Shown here: in pieces, positions 10,348 through 19,587 of the stretch
Layout: each line of letters starts with the position of its first letter
Numbering within the stretch: position 1 is the stretch's first letter
Source: a virus
Lineage: Duplodnaviria > Caudoviricetes
Length of the DNA stretch: 64,000 bases
Strand: one strand, 5' to 3'
Virus record (IMG/VR): IMGVR_UViG_3300031420_000495
Span: 128,001 to 192,000 of that record
Notes under the pieces: model-generated
Database searches by the model: none
Seen by the model: the letters and a program-made list of their open reading frames with translations, nothing else
What the model was told of the DNA's origin: nothing
Translations under genes and position numbers: made by a program

Positions 10348-10391
10348 CTCTTTAAATAGTTCATGGGAAGATATGTTCTATATTTATAGAG
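10348..10391 (-). promoter_or_regulatory. late promoter TATAAATA (10381-10388) inside an RBS-sequestering inverted repeat
   Basis: Minus-strand ctctataaata pairs 10/11 with tatttaaagag, which overlaps the AAGAGG RBS. Confidence 0.7.
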
Positions 10392-10399
10392 ATGTGCTC

Positions 10400-11041
10400 T
10401 TATGCCACTACGTAGTCCACCACAATATTCTGCCCTTCGTCAATTTGTTCAGACGTAAGTGCAAATTGCAAGCGGATTTCTGTTGCATTCACTTCAAAGA
10501 AGTCAACACCGCGTTTCTGCCTTGCGCCGCCCACATAGACAGCCGTTGTGCCAGGTCGGTATGCGCTCGGGGTCGTAATGACCGTCTCGTCACCTTCGAC
10601 AGCAGAAGTGATTTCAGCATCGACAGCTTGACCGCCAGATGTCGGGTTGCCTTGAAGCAAATAATCCAGGGCTTCACTGAAGTTTGTGAGTCCTGGATAG
10701 TTCGGGTTTGCAAATGTGTTTGAAAGACGGTCGAGCGTTCCAGCTGTCAGGCGATGGTCGACAAGTGTGTCGTTGCCTTGCGAAGCGGACCAAGCGCGAG
10801 CTTCAGTTCCTTCTCTTGCACGCTCGATTGTGAAGACGTCGCCATTCCGTTCGTAGACGTGGACGATTTCCTGTATCGATGCGCTTTGATCTTCGAGCGT
10901 GACAGTGAAGAATTCATTCGCTTGGGGCGTAGGGAATTGCTCGCCATGTCCAGGAAGGACGCGAAGGGTCGTGTCTGTTGGACCAATGTTACCCGCAAGA
11001 AGCGAAACAGCATTGTTTGTAAAGAGTTGCTTCAGAGCCAT
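10400..11041 (-). CDS. virion structural protein (213 aa)
   Basis: FTNNAxSxL...FPTP...FFTVTLE...EIVHV..RNGDVFTIERAREGTEARAW is a common phage structural N-terminal domain. Confidence 0.7.
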   Translation of the reverse strand: MALKQLFTNNAVSLLAGNIGPTDTTLRVLPGHGEQFPTPQANEFFTVTLEDQSASIQEIVHVYERNGDVFTIERAREGTEARAWSASQGNDTLVDHRLTAGTLDRLSNTFANPNYPGLTNFSEALDYLLQGNPTSGGQAVDAEITSAVEGDETVITTPSAYRPGTTAVYVGGARQKRGVDFFEVNATEIRLQFALTSEQIDEGQNIVVDYVVA

Positions 11042-11250
11042 TACGACCTCACTTTACCGTCAAAGCGAGATACGATTTCCAGCAGCGCTTTCTTGGATTT
11101 ATCTTCGGAGTCTGCGAACTCAACTTGGAATGCTGATGCATTCTTCAGTGGAACGAGGACTGTTAGCTTTTCGATACCGTGCTCGAACGTATATGATTGG
11201 TATGCAATCTTGCCGGCGTTGGCATCCAGCTCTTTGAGAAGCGATTTCAT
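11041..11250 (-). CDS. hypothetical protein (69 aa)
   Basis: GGAGG RBS, translational coupling. Confidence 0.65.
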   Translation of the reverse strand: MKSLLKELDANAGKIAYQSYTFEHGIEKLTVLVPLKNASAFQVEFADSEDKSKKALLEIVSRFDGKVRS

Positions 11251-11747
11251 TTCGATCCTCCGCCACGGTAATCGCTGTAATATTTGAGGAACTTGTCGCG
11301 TGAGAACAGGTCGTTACCGATGTCACGTTTCAAGTCGATGATCTGATCGAGACGAATGAGCACCTGCTCTTGGGCATCGGTGTCCATTGCGACAATGAGT
11401 AGGCCTTTGGCCAGTTCGCCTCGTTTATGGAGTTTGTAACCTTTGACGATCGCGTCAGCAGGACCGGCAGCACTGCGCCAGGTGACTACGTCGTTTGGTT
11501 GTGGAAGCTGATACTTACGAGAAAGTGGACCAAGCGATCGAAAGACCTTTGGCCCCTTGAGAAACTCAACAGTCTTGCCGTTGATCTTTGAGATGTCGAA
11601 AAAGTAGACAGCGTCGGACGGGATAGAAGGGGTGTGCTGTACGTAGACCGCAGGACCCTTATCACGATAGTTTGTGTACGATAGGACCTGAAACGAGACA
11701 CCATCTTTCGTTTCAATCGTGTCGCCTTTTAATGGAATAACGAGCAT
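11247..11747 (-). CDS. hypothetical protein (166 aa)
   Basis: ORF downstream of hairpin/late box. Confidence 0.7.
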   Translation of the reverse strand: MLVIPLKGDTIETKDGVSFQVLSYTNYRDKGPAVYVQHTPSIPSDAVYFFDISKINGKTVEFLKGPKVFRSLGPLSRKYQLPQPNDVVTWRSAAGPADAIVKGYKLHKRGELAKGLLIVAMDTDAQEQVLIRLDQIIDLKRDIGNDLFSRDKFLKYYSDYRGGGSK

Positions 11748-11762
11748 CTAAGTTTCACCAAG

Positions 11763-11791
11763 GATTGTTTCCACTATTTATGGAAACAATC
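11763..11791 (-). promoter_or_regulatory. 11-bp perfect hairpin with late-promoter box in loop
   Basis: gattgtttcca-ctattta-tggaaacaatc; ATAAATA on minus strand at 11775-11781. Confidence 0.6.
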
Positions 11792-11804
11792 GACTCGGTG
11801 ACGC

Positions 11805-11972
11805 TTACTCGTCCTGATCGTCTTCTTCCTCGTCCAGGTCTTCCAGCATTTCCTCTTCCTGGAGTTCGCGGATATAGTTCTTGAAAGTCACACGACGCTT
11901 ACGCGCCAGAATGTCCTCACTCTCTTTTGTCTTCTTGCGACGAGGACTTCTGTTATCGATGTGTTCACCCAT
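11805..11972 (-). CDS. small charged protein (55 aa)
   Basis: MGEHIDNRSPRRKK...acidic tail; start chosen to avoid overlap with upstream gene. Confidence 0.6.
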   Translation of the reverse strand: MGEHIDNRSPRRKKTKESEDILARKRRVTFKNYIRELQEEEMLEDLDEEEDDQDE

Positions 11973-11976
11973 ATTA

Positions 11977-12870
11977 CTACGTTCCCTTTGGAAGATAAAT
12001 TCTGGCCTCTGGTTGGTTACGACCAATCCGTAACAGGCCAATCATGTCAACTGATAGCTCGCCGAAGTATTCCATCTTCAGTGAGGTCGTATTCACTAAC
12101 GCGAATCTCTTGTCTTTCAGATAGTTATTGTACGCCATTTGGCGCCAACGGTACACTATCTTTTTCAGCGTAGCGATGTCATTATTTACCGCAATTTCAA
12201 TGTCAGACTGCATAAACTTCTGCAGTTGTGCTTGCCATCCACGACGCTTGAAGTTCCCGATTAGCGTGTCCTCGTAGAGGACGTCGCCATTGGACATGTG
12301 CGTCAGCTTGACATTACCACGAATCGGCCCAGCATATCGCTTCGCCTCTTTGCGCAGATCGATGCCTTCCCAATCCTTGAGAGTCGTTGTGCGAATATTG
12401 CCGGGTTCCCAACCAGTCAGGTTCGAGCCCGTGATCTTTGCGTAGGTGGAATTGAATTCTCCAAGATCGCTGCGAAGCAGGTCGACAGCCGGATCGGAAT
12501 CCTTGCTGATCTTGAAGCCGGCAACAGCGTGATGCGCTGTCTCGTATCGACCGCCCTTCATCTCGGCAAAGTCAACTCCGTCGGTGACAAGATCGATGGC
12601 CGAGTTCTTGCCGCCGAGTTGAATGTTGTCGAAAACAAACCAGACTACGAGTTCACCAGGTCCGACACCGTCTGGACGAAGTGCGCTGATAGCTTTTGCC
12701 TGAGTTGGGAAGTGGGTCACAAAGTTGTTGTACTTGGCTTGGAAAGTTCCCGGTTCAGCCTTCGCGAAGAAAGGCTGAAACTCGGAAACTGGAACAGATA
12801 CTGCATCTGCTAATTCTTCACGGCCGATAGTTTTTACATTTGGATTCTGTGGGTTAAAACCGATTGACAT
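11977..12870 (-). CDS. hypothetical protein, possible PD-(D/E)xK nuclease fold (297 aa)
   Basis: GPGE...IDLVTDGVDFAEMK spacing resembles E..D..ExK; fold call tentative. Confidence 0.55.
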   Translation of the reverse strand: MSIGFNPQNPNVKTIGREELADAVSVPVSEFQPFFAKAEPGTFQAKYNNFVTHFPTQAKAISALRPDGVGPGELVVWFVFDNIQLGGKNSAIDLVTDGVDFAEMKGGRYETAHHAVAGFKISKDSDPAVDLLRSDLGEFNSTYAKITGSNLTGWEPGNIRTTTLKDWEGIDLRKEAKRYAGPIRGNVKLTHMSNGDVLYEDTLIGNFKRRGWQAQLQKFMQSDIEIAVNNDIATLKKIVYRWRQMAYNNYLKDKRFALVNTTSLKMEYFGELSVDMIGLLRIGRNQPEARIYLPKGT

Positions 12871-12935
12871 ACGAGCATAAAATTCATCCTCGTGTGGTGC
12901 ACTTGTTGTAAACTCTTTTGGTTATTGCGAGGCTC

Positions 12936-13505
12936 TTAAACGGGAGGAAGTTCCCAGAGCTGATGAGTTATTGTACCAAGTCTATCGGAAATAATCTGGG
13001 AAACTTTCGTCCAGTCACCATTTGCAAGACCGCAGCCGATCAGCGGGTAATGCACGTCTGCTTTGTTGTTCAGCGCAAAGTTCTTCACGCTGTGGAAACC
13101 CATCTCCAACGCTTCGTATGAAGTGTAAACGCGGGAAGTATCACGACCGTAGAACTGCTGGCCGACGATGCTCGCAACCCACAGTCCAGGTTCAACCTCG
13201 GTGTAGATCACTTTCCCCATGTACTGAAAACCTTTGTCAGGCTGATTCGGCTTGACGATTGCGCTGTAGTCGTCCCAGACTTTCGGCCAGCGATCGCGAA
13301 TCTGTTTCGCGATGCCTCCGCCCATGACACCTTGCGCGTTGACTTGGTGCACGATGATGCCCTTGTCAACTTGCTCGATCAGGTCGCCGATTCGTGCACC
13401 ACGTGCTCTGGATTCAGCCATCAGCTCGCCGCGTTTGATGGCGGCTTCCAGAACTTCTTCAGTCACTGGTTGACCACCGCCTGGTTTTGCTTTTATGGTT
13501 TTCAC
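12936..13505 (-). CDS. macro domain (Appr-1-p processing / ADP-ribosylhydrolase) protein
   Basis: IIVHQVNAQGVMGGGIAKQIRDRWP and PLIGCGLANGDW macrodomain motifs. Confidence 0.85.
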   Translation of the reverse strand: MKTIKAKPGGGQPVTEEVLEAAIKRGELMAESRARGARIGDLIEQVDKGIIVHQVNAQGVMGGGIAKQIRDRWPKVWDDYSAIVKPNQPDKGFQYMGKVIYTEVEPGLWVASIVGQQFYGRDTSRVYTSYEALEMGFHSVKNFALNNKADVHYPLIGCGLANGDWTKVSQIISDRLGTITHQLWELPPV

Positions 13506-13852
13506 AGCGATTCCTTTTTCATAATCAGCTCTTGAAGCTGCACGTTGGCATCATGCACAACGCGCTGCTGCGTCTTGATCTGGGAGTTGATCACGTTGAC
13601 GCGATGCGCCAATGCTTCTTCTTTAGTTTCGAACAGCATGGCATCCATCCGCCGAGCAAATGGATTTCCAGGGAACACCATGCCATTGCTGGACCTGATG
13701 TACTTGTACTTTTGATCGAACTGAGAGACCTGCATGACTTGCAGGTCCGAAGAATCGACGAGCCACATGGCTTGAGTCGTGTCTATCCTTTCGCACCTGC
13801 ACGGAATTTTGCCGCAGCCGCTGCACGCCATTTCACTAGCGTAATGTCCCAT
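13502..13852 (-). CDS. hypothetical protein with CxxC-CxC N-terminus
   Basis: MGHYASEMACSGCGKIPCRCE; start placed after the thyA stop. Confidence 0.65.
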   Translation of the reverse strand: MGHYASEMACSGCGKIPCRCERIDTTQAMWLVDSSDLQVMQVSQFDQKYKYIRSSNGMVFPGNPFARRMDAMLFETKEEALAHRVNVINSQIKTQQRVVHDANVQLQELIMKKESL

Positions 13853-13853
13853 G

Positions 13854-14942
13854 TTACACCGCCATATCGAGTTTGATGGATTCTTGTGGATCGTAGTCAA
13901 CGAGTGCGTGGATGTCGTCCATGCGGAACCCGTCGATTTCGGTGATGCTCGTGTTCAGCGACAGCTTCGGCGGCATCGATGGAACGCGCTCGAGTTGTTG
14001 CTCTGCACCTTCCAGGTGATTCTTGTAGATGTGCGTGTCGCCCAGGTTCATGATGAGACGGCCGACAGACAGGTTGCAGACTTGCGCGAGCATGTGAGTC
14101 AGTAGAGCGTAGGACGCAATGTTGAACGGCAGACCGAGCATCGTGTCGATCGAACGCATGTACACGCTGCAGGACAGACGACCTTTCTCGACGAAGAACT
14201 GTGCCATCATATGGCAAGGTGGCAAAGCCATCTTGTCGATTTCACCGACGTTGAATGCGGTGATCAGCATCCGACGATCGGTTGGATTTTCTTTCAGTTT
14301 CTTGACCAGCTCGGCAACTTGGTCGACGGCCGAACGTTCGTAAACGTCCATGCTCATGATATTAGATTCAGCTTTGTTCAGCGTGTATTTCGGCCAGTGT
14401 CGCCATTGGAATCCGTAAATGTGACCAACGTGTCCTGGATAGTTTGCCTTTGGTTTCCAGTAGTCTGCATTCGCGTTATCGGTCCAGATTGTTTTCTTCG
14501 AATCATCGCGAGTCCCATGAAGTATTTCGCACAGGCGACGTTCATCGTCCGATCCTTCGAGGAACCAGATCAGTTCAGACTTGACGGCTTTCCACGCCAG
14601 CTTCTTCGTGGTGACTGCTGGAAAACCTTTCTGCAGGTCGATGTCCAGGTGCTTGCCGAAAATTGCACGGGTACCCACGCCGGTACGGTCGATGCGATCA
14701 TCGCCTTCTTCCAGGATTTCGCGGATGAGGTCGAGGTACTGCCATTCCCACGTATCGCTACGTGACTCGAACAGACCCGGCATTGCGGTTTCGAGCTGAT
14801 CGATCAGGCCGGCGAACATGTTGTTCAGTGCACTACCGTTGCCATGCTCACCTTCGCGAGCAGCGAAGGCAGCAGACAGTTCTTCGGCTTCTTGCATCGC
14901 AGCAATGGTTGTTTCATTCGGCACTTTGTTTTCTTCAGACAT
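13854..14942 (-). CDS. thyA: thymidylate synthase
   Basis: DRTGVGT, FPAVTTKK, ELIWFL, YGFQWR, LPPCH, RSIDTMLGLPFNIASY (Asn, dUMP-specific), GDTHIYKNH. Confidence 0.95.
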   Translation of the reverse strand: MSEENKVPNETTIAAMQEAEELSAAFAAREGEHGNGSALNNMFAGLIDQLETAMPGLFESRSDTWEWQYLDLIREILEEGDDRIDRTGVGTRAIFGKHLDIDLQKGFPAVTTKKLAWKAVKSELIWFLEGSDDERRLCEILHGTRDDSKKTIWTDNANADYWKPKANYPGHVGHIYGFQWRHWPKYTLNKAESNIMSMDVYERSAVDQVAELVKKLKENPTDRRMLITAFNVGEIDKMALPPCHMMAQFFVEKGRLSCSVYMRSIDTMLGLPFNIASYALLTHMLAQVCNLSVGRLIMNLGDTHIYKNHLEGAEQQLERVPSMPPKLSLNTSITEIDGFRMDDIHALVDYDPQESIKLDMAV

Positions 14943-14970
14943 TGTATTTCCTTGTTAAGATGACAACGTC

Positions 14971-15531
14971 TTATTCTACACTATCTGACAACATTTCTCC
15001 CGTGGAATAAAGATCGAGCAGCGCGGCTTGGATCAGCTTGAACGTCATGTGGTAATGCAGGTACGAGGCGAACTCGTCACGATTGCCAGCGACGTTCAGA
15101 ACGTTGATGTTCTTCTTGCGAATCCAGTTCGCCAGCTTCTTGGCTTCGACGAGCAGTTCTTCGTTGGTGTAGCTTTCGGTAAGGCCGATTTGCAGGCAAG
15201 GCTTCTTCAGCTTCACCGTCAGGCTGTGCGTGAGAACACTACCGGCCGATGCCATGTTCGTGCCGATGATGACAGTGCCGTCCGAGTTCTTGACGTTCAG
15301 CCGCGTGCGTGGTGGGTATGCGAACGACAGGTCTTCGACGAGACAGAGCTTCGCGAGCGAGGGATCATTGCCGCGCGATGTGCGGTATCCCAGCGGAGCG
15401 TGTCCGCCGGTTGCGACACCGAGTTCAGCAGCAGCATCGATGCCACCACGGTCGGCACCAGTTTGTCCACCGGAAATCACTTTGGATAGTCCGGCGTATT
15501 TCGGTTTGTGGAATTTCAAAACGTTAGTCAT
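14971..15531 (-). CDS. SLOG-superfamily protein (putative molybdenum carrier/YpsA-like)
   Basis: KVISGGQTGADRGGIDAA...RTRLNVKNSDGTVI...INVLNVAGNR. Confidence 0.8.
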   Translation of the reverse strand: MTNVLKFHKPKYAGLSKVISGGQTGADRGGIDAAAELGVATGGHAPLGYRTSRGNDPSLAKLCLVEDLSFAYPPRTRLNVKNSDGTVIIGTNMASAGSVLTHSLTVKLKKPCLQIGLTESYTNEELLVEAKKLANWIRKKNINVLNVAGNRDEFASYLHYHMTFKLIQAALLDLYSTGEMLSDSVE

Positions 15532-15829
15532 AATCTCTGTATCCTCGATTTTCCAAATATTCTTCTACATCAAATGTTGGGTCTCTTCGAGCCACTGCTT
15601 CGAGCAGCAGTTCGTTGTTTATTTCTATCAGTTCGCGAAGATCGTCAAGTCGTTCGCTTGTGTTTCTGGCGTGGATGAACCAGAAGAATGGGATGAGCAG
15701 TACGTACGCTGAAGTTCCCGACGGGAGAATTCCCCAGATGACTACGCACCATATCAGCGCGTAGACGACGCTCATGAGTTGGTTACCTATGCTAGTTGCT
15801 CGTTTCTCCATTTTGTTCCTCCCAGCCAC
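15524..15829 (-). CDS. membrane protein (2 TM)
   Basis: Hydrophobic segments [15 protein letters not shown] and [11 protein letters not shown]; true start may be downstream. Confidence 0.6.
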   Translation of the reverse strand: MAGRNKMEKRATSIGNQLMSVVYALIWCVVIWGILPSGTSAYVLLIPFFWFIHARNTSERLDDLRELIEINNELLLEAVARRDPTFDVEEYLENRGYRDYD

Positions 15830-16715
15830 CGACCGTATTGTATAGATTCAAGATTTTCTTGCGATCGATCTTGTCGGGCGTATTGAAAATCGGTCGCAGC
15901 TTTATGTACATGTCGCGGCGGAAGCGAGCAACTGCCTGTTGATCTTCCAGCCAACCGAAATATCCTTTGCCGGCGACCTTCAAACGCTGGTCAGGATTGA
16001 AACCAGCTGGAACACGGACGGTGAGTCGTTCGCCATTGTAGTCTTCGACTTCGATCCATGTGCCGGTGATGAGGTCGAGTGCGTCGATGTTGACGTCGAG
16101 TTCCACGTCACCGGTCGTAATGCCAGCTTCGAAAATCGTGCCGACACTGTTCGCCAGTCCACGGATTCGGAACTTACCCGGATCGATCTTCATGATGAGA
16201 ACCTGGGTCGAACCATCCGACAACGTGTAGCGGCCGCGGTGACCATCAGGCAAACCGCCTGGGACAACGACGTCCAGATGTTCGACGAAGCCGTTTTGTT
16301 TCTGTCGGGAAATACGCCATTCGAAACCACGAGCCGCATCGCGAATCGGAACCTGCATGATGACGTCGGCATTCGGCTGAACGTAGTTTGGATTCCGCGG
16401 GATCGGTCCACCACGTCGGAATGCTTTCATCTGGTCGAGAATGTCGTCGATGGACGGATCAGGTTTGGCTTGCCACGTTCCGCTTGGTGGTTCTGGTTTT
16501 GCCCAACCAGGATTCGGACCAGGACGTGATGGTTGACGATACGGAGCGAAGCCAGTTTTCTCCAGTTCTTCGTAAGCCTCTTTCATCGACTTGAAGACTT
16601 CTTCATTGCCACCACGGTCCGGGTGATGCTTCATCGCCAGCTTGCGATAGGCTTTCTTGATTTCTTCTGCGCCAGCTGAATCGGACAAGCCGAGTATTGC
16701 TCTATAATTTTTCAT
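15792..16715 (-). CDS. DnaJ-domain co-chaperone (J domain + C-terminal DnaJ/CbpA-like region)
   Basis: YRAILGL...[19 protein letters not shown]; C-terminal [12 protein letters not shown]...DMYIKL. Confidence 0.9.
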   Translation of the reverse strand: MKNYRAILGLSDSAGAEEIKKAYRKLAMKHHPDRGGNEEVFKSMKEAYEELEKTGFAPYRQPSRPGPNPGWAKPEPPSGTWQAKPDPSIDDILDQMKAFRRGGPIPRNPNYVQPNADVIMQVPIRDAARGFEWRISRQKQNGFVEHLDVVVPGGLPDGHRGRYTLSDGSTQVLIMKIDPGKFRIRGLANSVGTIFEAGITTGDVELDVNIDALDLITGTWIEVEDYNGERLTVRVPAGFNPDQRLKVAGKGYFGWLEDQQAVARFRRDMYIKLRPIFNTPDKIDRKKILNLYNTVGGWEEQNGETSN

Positions 16716-16730
16716 GTTCTTCCAATACGA

Positions 16731-16754
16731 GAAAGGGCTCGTTGAGCCCTTTTC
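16731..16754. terminator. intrinsic terminator (bidirectional)
   Basis: gaaagggctc-gtt-gagccctttt. Confidence 0.75.
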
Positions 16755-16755
16755 C

Positions 16756-17133
16756 TTAATTCATTCCAAACGCAGAGCGTTTCACGCGGTGCCGTAGAAC
16801 CTGAAGCAGAAGAAGTGAGCCGCCGTATACAAAGCCGATATAGCTATTTACGTAAACGAATATGGCCAATGTCACAGCAATGCCCAGCACGAGATGCAAG
16901 AACGCCGACACCTGACGGCTGCGAATACGTTCACGCAGCAACAGCTGATCGGAAACGGACAGCCGAGGTTTTCTCACCCACATGATGATCGTGACCAACA
17001 CCATGATGAGGAAGAACCCAGTGCACAGCGTTCCAAGCACGTACATGTAGGCAGGAACATCGGTGTACCAGTACATGTAAATCAGAAACGGCACCAACAG
17101 ATAACTGACAAACACCGATGCTAACTTGCTCAT
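16756..17133 (-). CDS. membrane protein (about 4 TM)
   Basis: Multiple hydrophobic segments. Confidence 0.7.
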   Translation of the reverse strand: MSKLASVFVSYLLVPFLIYMYWYTDVPAYMYVLGTLCTGFFLIMVLVTIIMWVRKPRLSVSDQLLLRERIRSRQVSAFLHLVLGIAVTLAIFVYVNSYIGFVYGGSLLLLQVLRHRVKRSAFGMN

Positions 17134-17134
17134 A

Positions 17135-18517
17135 TCATTCCTCGTATTTGAACGCTTTCAGCTCGCGCTTGTACATCGCGTCGGCCGTGTCGGCTTTCAG
17201 GCTGGCCAAGTATTCCTTCAGGTCGACCAGCTTCTTTTCCAGCTCGGCGATCTTGTCCTTGGTCAGGTTCCAGATTTGCATGGATAGCAAACGATCGTAG
17301 TCGGCGAACTTGTTCTGCAGCAGGATTTCGATCAGCTCTTTCTTCGCGGTATCGCGGAACACTTTCATGTTGGCGAGATAGTAGCGGATGAAGCGGATGA
17401 CTTCGCTCTGGAAACGAATTGCTTCGGTCGTGTCGGTAATCAACTTCTGACGACGAACTTCGTAGAAGCTGAGACGCCATGGCACGTACATTTCGATGAC
17501 GGCTTCGGCCGAGTCGTAGCGGAACAGCTTGCCTTCAGGATTCCACATCGTGAAGTTCTCGGTGTCGACCGCGACCAGCTTGAATTTCTTCAGCAGCTCT
17601 TCTTCCGGCAGGACGGTAGTCGAGCGCGGAACTTTGACGGTGAACTCGAATGCTTCTTCAGTCGATGCATCCTGGTAATCGTTGATGAACTCCTCTTCTT
17701 CGAGCTTGTTCAGATGCTCTTTGTATTGGTCGAGGAATGTGCCGATCGGCAGCTCGGTGATCTTGATCGTGGTTGTGTTGACGACCTGCAGCTTGCCGGT
17801 CATGACGACGCGGCCGGTTTCTTTCTGACGTTCAACAGTACCGTGGAAACCACGGAACCAAGGCACGAGCGTACCCGGCTTCAGTTTCTTGCCGTCGAGA
17901 ACTTTCAGCACTGCATCGCGGATTTGTTCCGGATGATAGGACTTGATTTCGCACGAGTGGCCGGTGCCGATACCAGTTGCACCGTTGATCAGCGCGATCG
18001 GAAGGATTGGCAGATAGAACTTTGGCTCGATCTGCTCGCCATCGACTTCGTGATGTTCCAGAATCGCGTCATCTTCTTTCTTGAAAAGCTGACGGAAATA
18101 CTTGGACATGTACGTGTTGATGTAACGACCTGCGCCGGCTTCTTTCGTCAGACGCGAACCGAACTGGCCTTCAGGCACGAACAGGTTCATGTTGTTCGCA
18201 CCTGGATAGCGAGTTGCAGCAAGGCCGACGATGGTCGACATCATCGATGTGGCGCCATGGTGGTAGTCGGTCTTTTGCGCGATGTACGAAGCGAGACGTT
18301 CGACTTGCAGTTCGCCGGCGTTTTCGCCGCGGTCGAGCGTACCATAGATTGCTTTACGCTGCGATGGCTTCAGACCGTCGCATGCAGGAATGGAACGCAC
18401 GTTGTCATACAGCGAGAACGTCTTGAACGCGGAGTTGAAGAAGTTGCTGACGCGGATGGACTGGCGCGTTGTGCTCCCGTAGTTCGGGACTTTGGTGACA
18501 GGTTTTTTAGTTTTCAT
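17135..18517 (-). CDS. DNA topoisomerase II medium subunit (T4 gp52/GyrA-like)
   Basis: RSIPACDGLKPSQRK, YHHG, PEGQFGSR, AGRYI (catalytic Tyr), NGATGIGTG. Confidence 0.95.
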   Translation of the reverse strand: MKTKKPVTKVPNYGSTTRQSIRVSNFFNSAFKTFSLYDNVRSIPACDGLKPSQRKAIYGTLDRGENAGELQVERLASYIAQKTDYHHGATSMMSTIVGLAATRYPGANNMNLFVPEGQFGSRLTKEAGAGRYINTYMSKYFRQLFKKEDDAILEHHEVDGEQIEPKFYLPILPIALINGATGIGTGHSCEIKSYHPEQIRDAVLKVLDGKKLKPGTLVPWFRGFHGTVERQKETGRVVMTGKLQVVNTTTIKITELPIGTFLDQYKEHLNKLEEEEFINDYQDASTEEAFEFTVKVPRSTTVLPEEELLKKFKLVAVDTENFTMWNPEGKLFRYDSAEAVIEMYVPWRLSFYEVRRQKLITDTTEAIRFQSEVIRFIRYYLANMKVFRDTAKKELIEILLQNKFADYDRLLSMQIWNLTKDKIAELEKKLVDLKEYLASLKADTADAMYKRELKAFKYEE

Positions 18518-18529
18518 GTGTCCATTTTA

Positions 18530-18694
18530 TCATTGCCCTGAGTTAGGCTCGTTTTCTTTTTCTTCGTCGAGAGACGACAGCTCGCGCTTCGGCTTCTGCT
18601 GTTCCTTCAGCTTCTTGATGTTCTTGAAGTTCAGCAAGCCCAGGACGGAAATGACGATGATGATGTAACACAATACGAGAATGAGGGCTCTCAT
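18530..18694 (-). CDS. small single-TM protein (54 aa)
   Basis: MRALILVLCYIIIVISVLGLL; ATGA coupling at 18691-18694. Confidence 0.65.
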   Translation of the reverse strand: MRALILVLCYIIIVISVLGLLNFKNIKKLKEQQKPKRELSSLDEEKENEPNSGQ

Positions 18695-19020
18695 TCGATG
18701 ACCTTTATGGTTGTCCTGAGTTCGAACTCGACGGGCTTGACGTGAATGACCTTGAAGGTTTTCTTCTGGTGGTGTTCCAGAATCCAAGCGTTCAATGCGG
18801 CTTCGTTGTCGAAGTAGATGTACGACAGGTAATTCATCGTCGAGTAGCTAGGGCCAGAACGTTCATCGCCATAGCCGTCATCGTATCGCATTGACTCGTT
18901 GCAGAGGACGGCGAAATGCGCACCCTCCGGAATTTTGGAAACTTCGCTTGCCGGATGCGTCGAATTGTAGATGAAGCGGTGACGTTCGGCTTCTGCTTTG
19001 CGCTGTTCATCAGCGTTCAT
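18691..19020 (-). CDS. hypothetical protein (109 aa)
   Basis: ORF with RBS. Confidence 0.7.
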   Translation of the reverse strand: MNADEQRKAEAERHRFIYNSTHPASEVSKIPEGAHFAVLCNESMRYDDGYGDERSGPSYSTMNYLSYIYFDNEAALNAWILEHHQKKTFKVIHVKPVEFELRTTIKVIE

Positions 19021-19037
19021 GTTCTGTCCTTATAATG

Positions 19038-19060
19038 AAGAAAGGGGCCGAAGCCCCGTT
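19038..19060 (-). terminator. intrinsic terminator with UUCG loop
   Basis: Minus strand ggggc-ttcg-gcccc-tttctt. Confidence 0.7.
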
Positions 19061-19063
19061 GCC

Positions 19064-19240
19064 TTACTTGGCCTTGCGGCGTTGTTTCGGCTTGCCGTAG
19101 CCGCGACGCTCTGCGCACTGCTTCTTGCGCTCGTCGGTGAACACATTCGTGTCCGCGTCCGTGGTCAGCCTGTTGGCGAAGACCGACTTGCCCATCGACT
19201 TGAGCAGCTTGGTTGCGTACATTTCGTTTTCGTTCGACAT
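19064..19240 (-). CDS. small basic protein (58 aa)
   Basis: Hand translation MSNENEMYATKLLKSMGKSVF...RRGYGKPKQRRKAK*, ending just before the terminator. The track's 19017-19289 ORF is a different, shadow frame. Confidence 0.7.
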   Translation of the reverse strand: MSNENEMYATKLLKSMGKSVFANRLTTDADTNVFTDERKKQCAERRGYGKPKQRRKAK

Positions 19241-19257
19241 AGTGTTCCCTTATAAAA

Positions 19258-19587
19258 TTAAAGTTGGGTGGCAATGAATGCCCAGACAAATTTACAGCTC
19301 AGGTGAATCGCTTGGTCCACGTGCAAAGAGATTTTGTTCTCGCACTTGAACCAATCAGTAATTCCGTGAATGACGGTCTCGGCTATTGCAAGCCAGAGCG
19401 AACCAGTCAAGAAGAGAACAAATCCTCCGTGAATGATCGCGTGCGCAGGCAATGCGTGCATCCAAAACATTTTGCCGACAGGGGTGTTGCGGTTCTTGGC
19501 CGTAGCCAAGAACTCACCCTGTAGCGGATAATCAGCTAACGCGTGGGCAAAGACCAGAGCGAATAGCAGTGTTGCGAAGTCCATCAT
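19258..19587 (-). CDS. DUF3307-like membrane protein
   Basis: AHALADYPLQ...HAIIH...HGITDWFK...DQAIH. Confidence 0.8.
   Translation of the reverse strand: MMDFATLLFALVFAHALADYPLQGEFLATAKNRNTPVGKMFWMHALPAHAIIHGGFVLFLTGSLWLAIAETVIHGITDWFKCENKISLHVDQAIHLSCKFVWAFIATQL

Noticed and set aside
19017-19289. 90-aa track ORF
   Set aside because: Crosses a terminator; the 58-aa frame at 19064-19240 fits the RBS and terminator better
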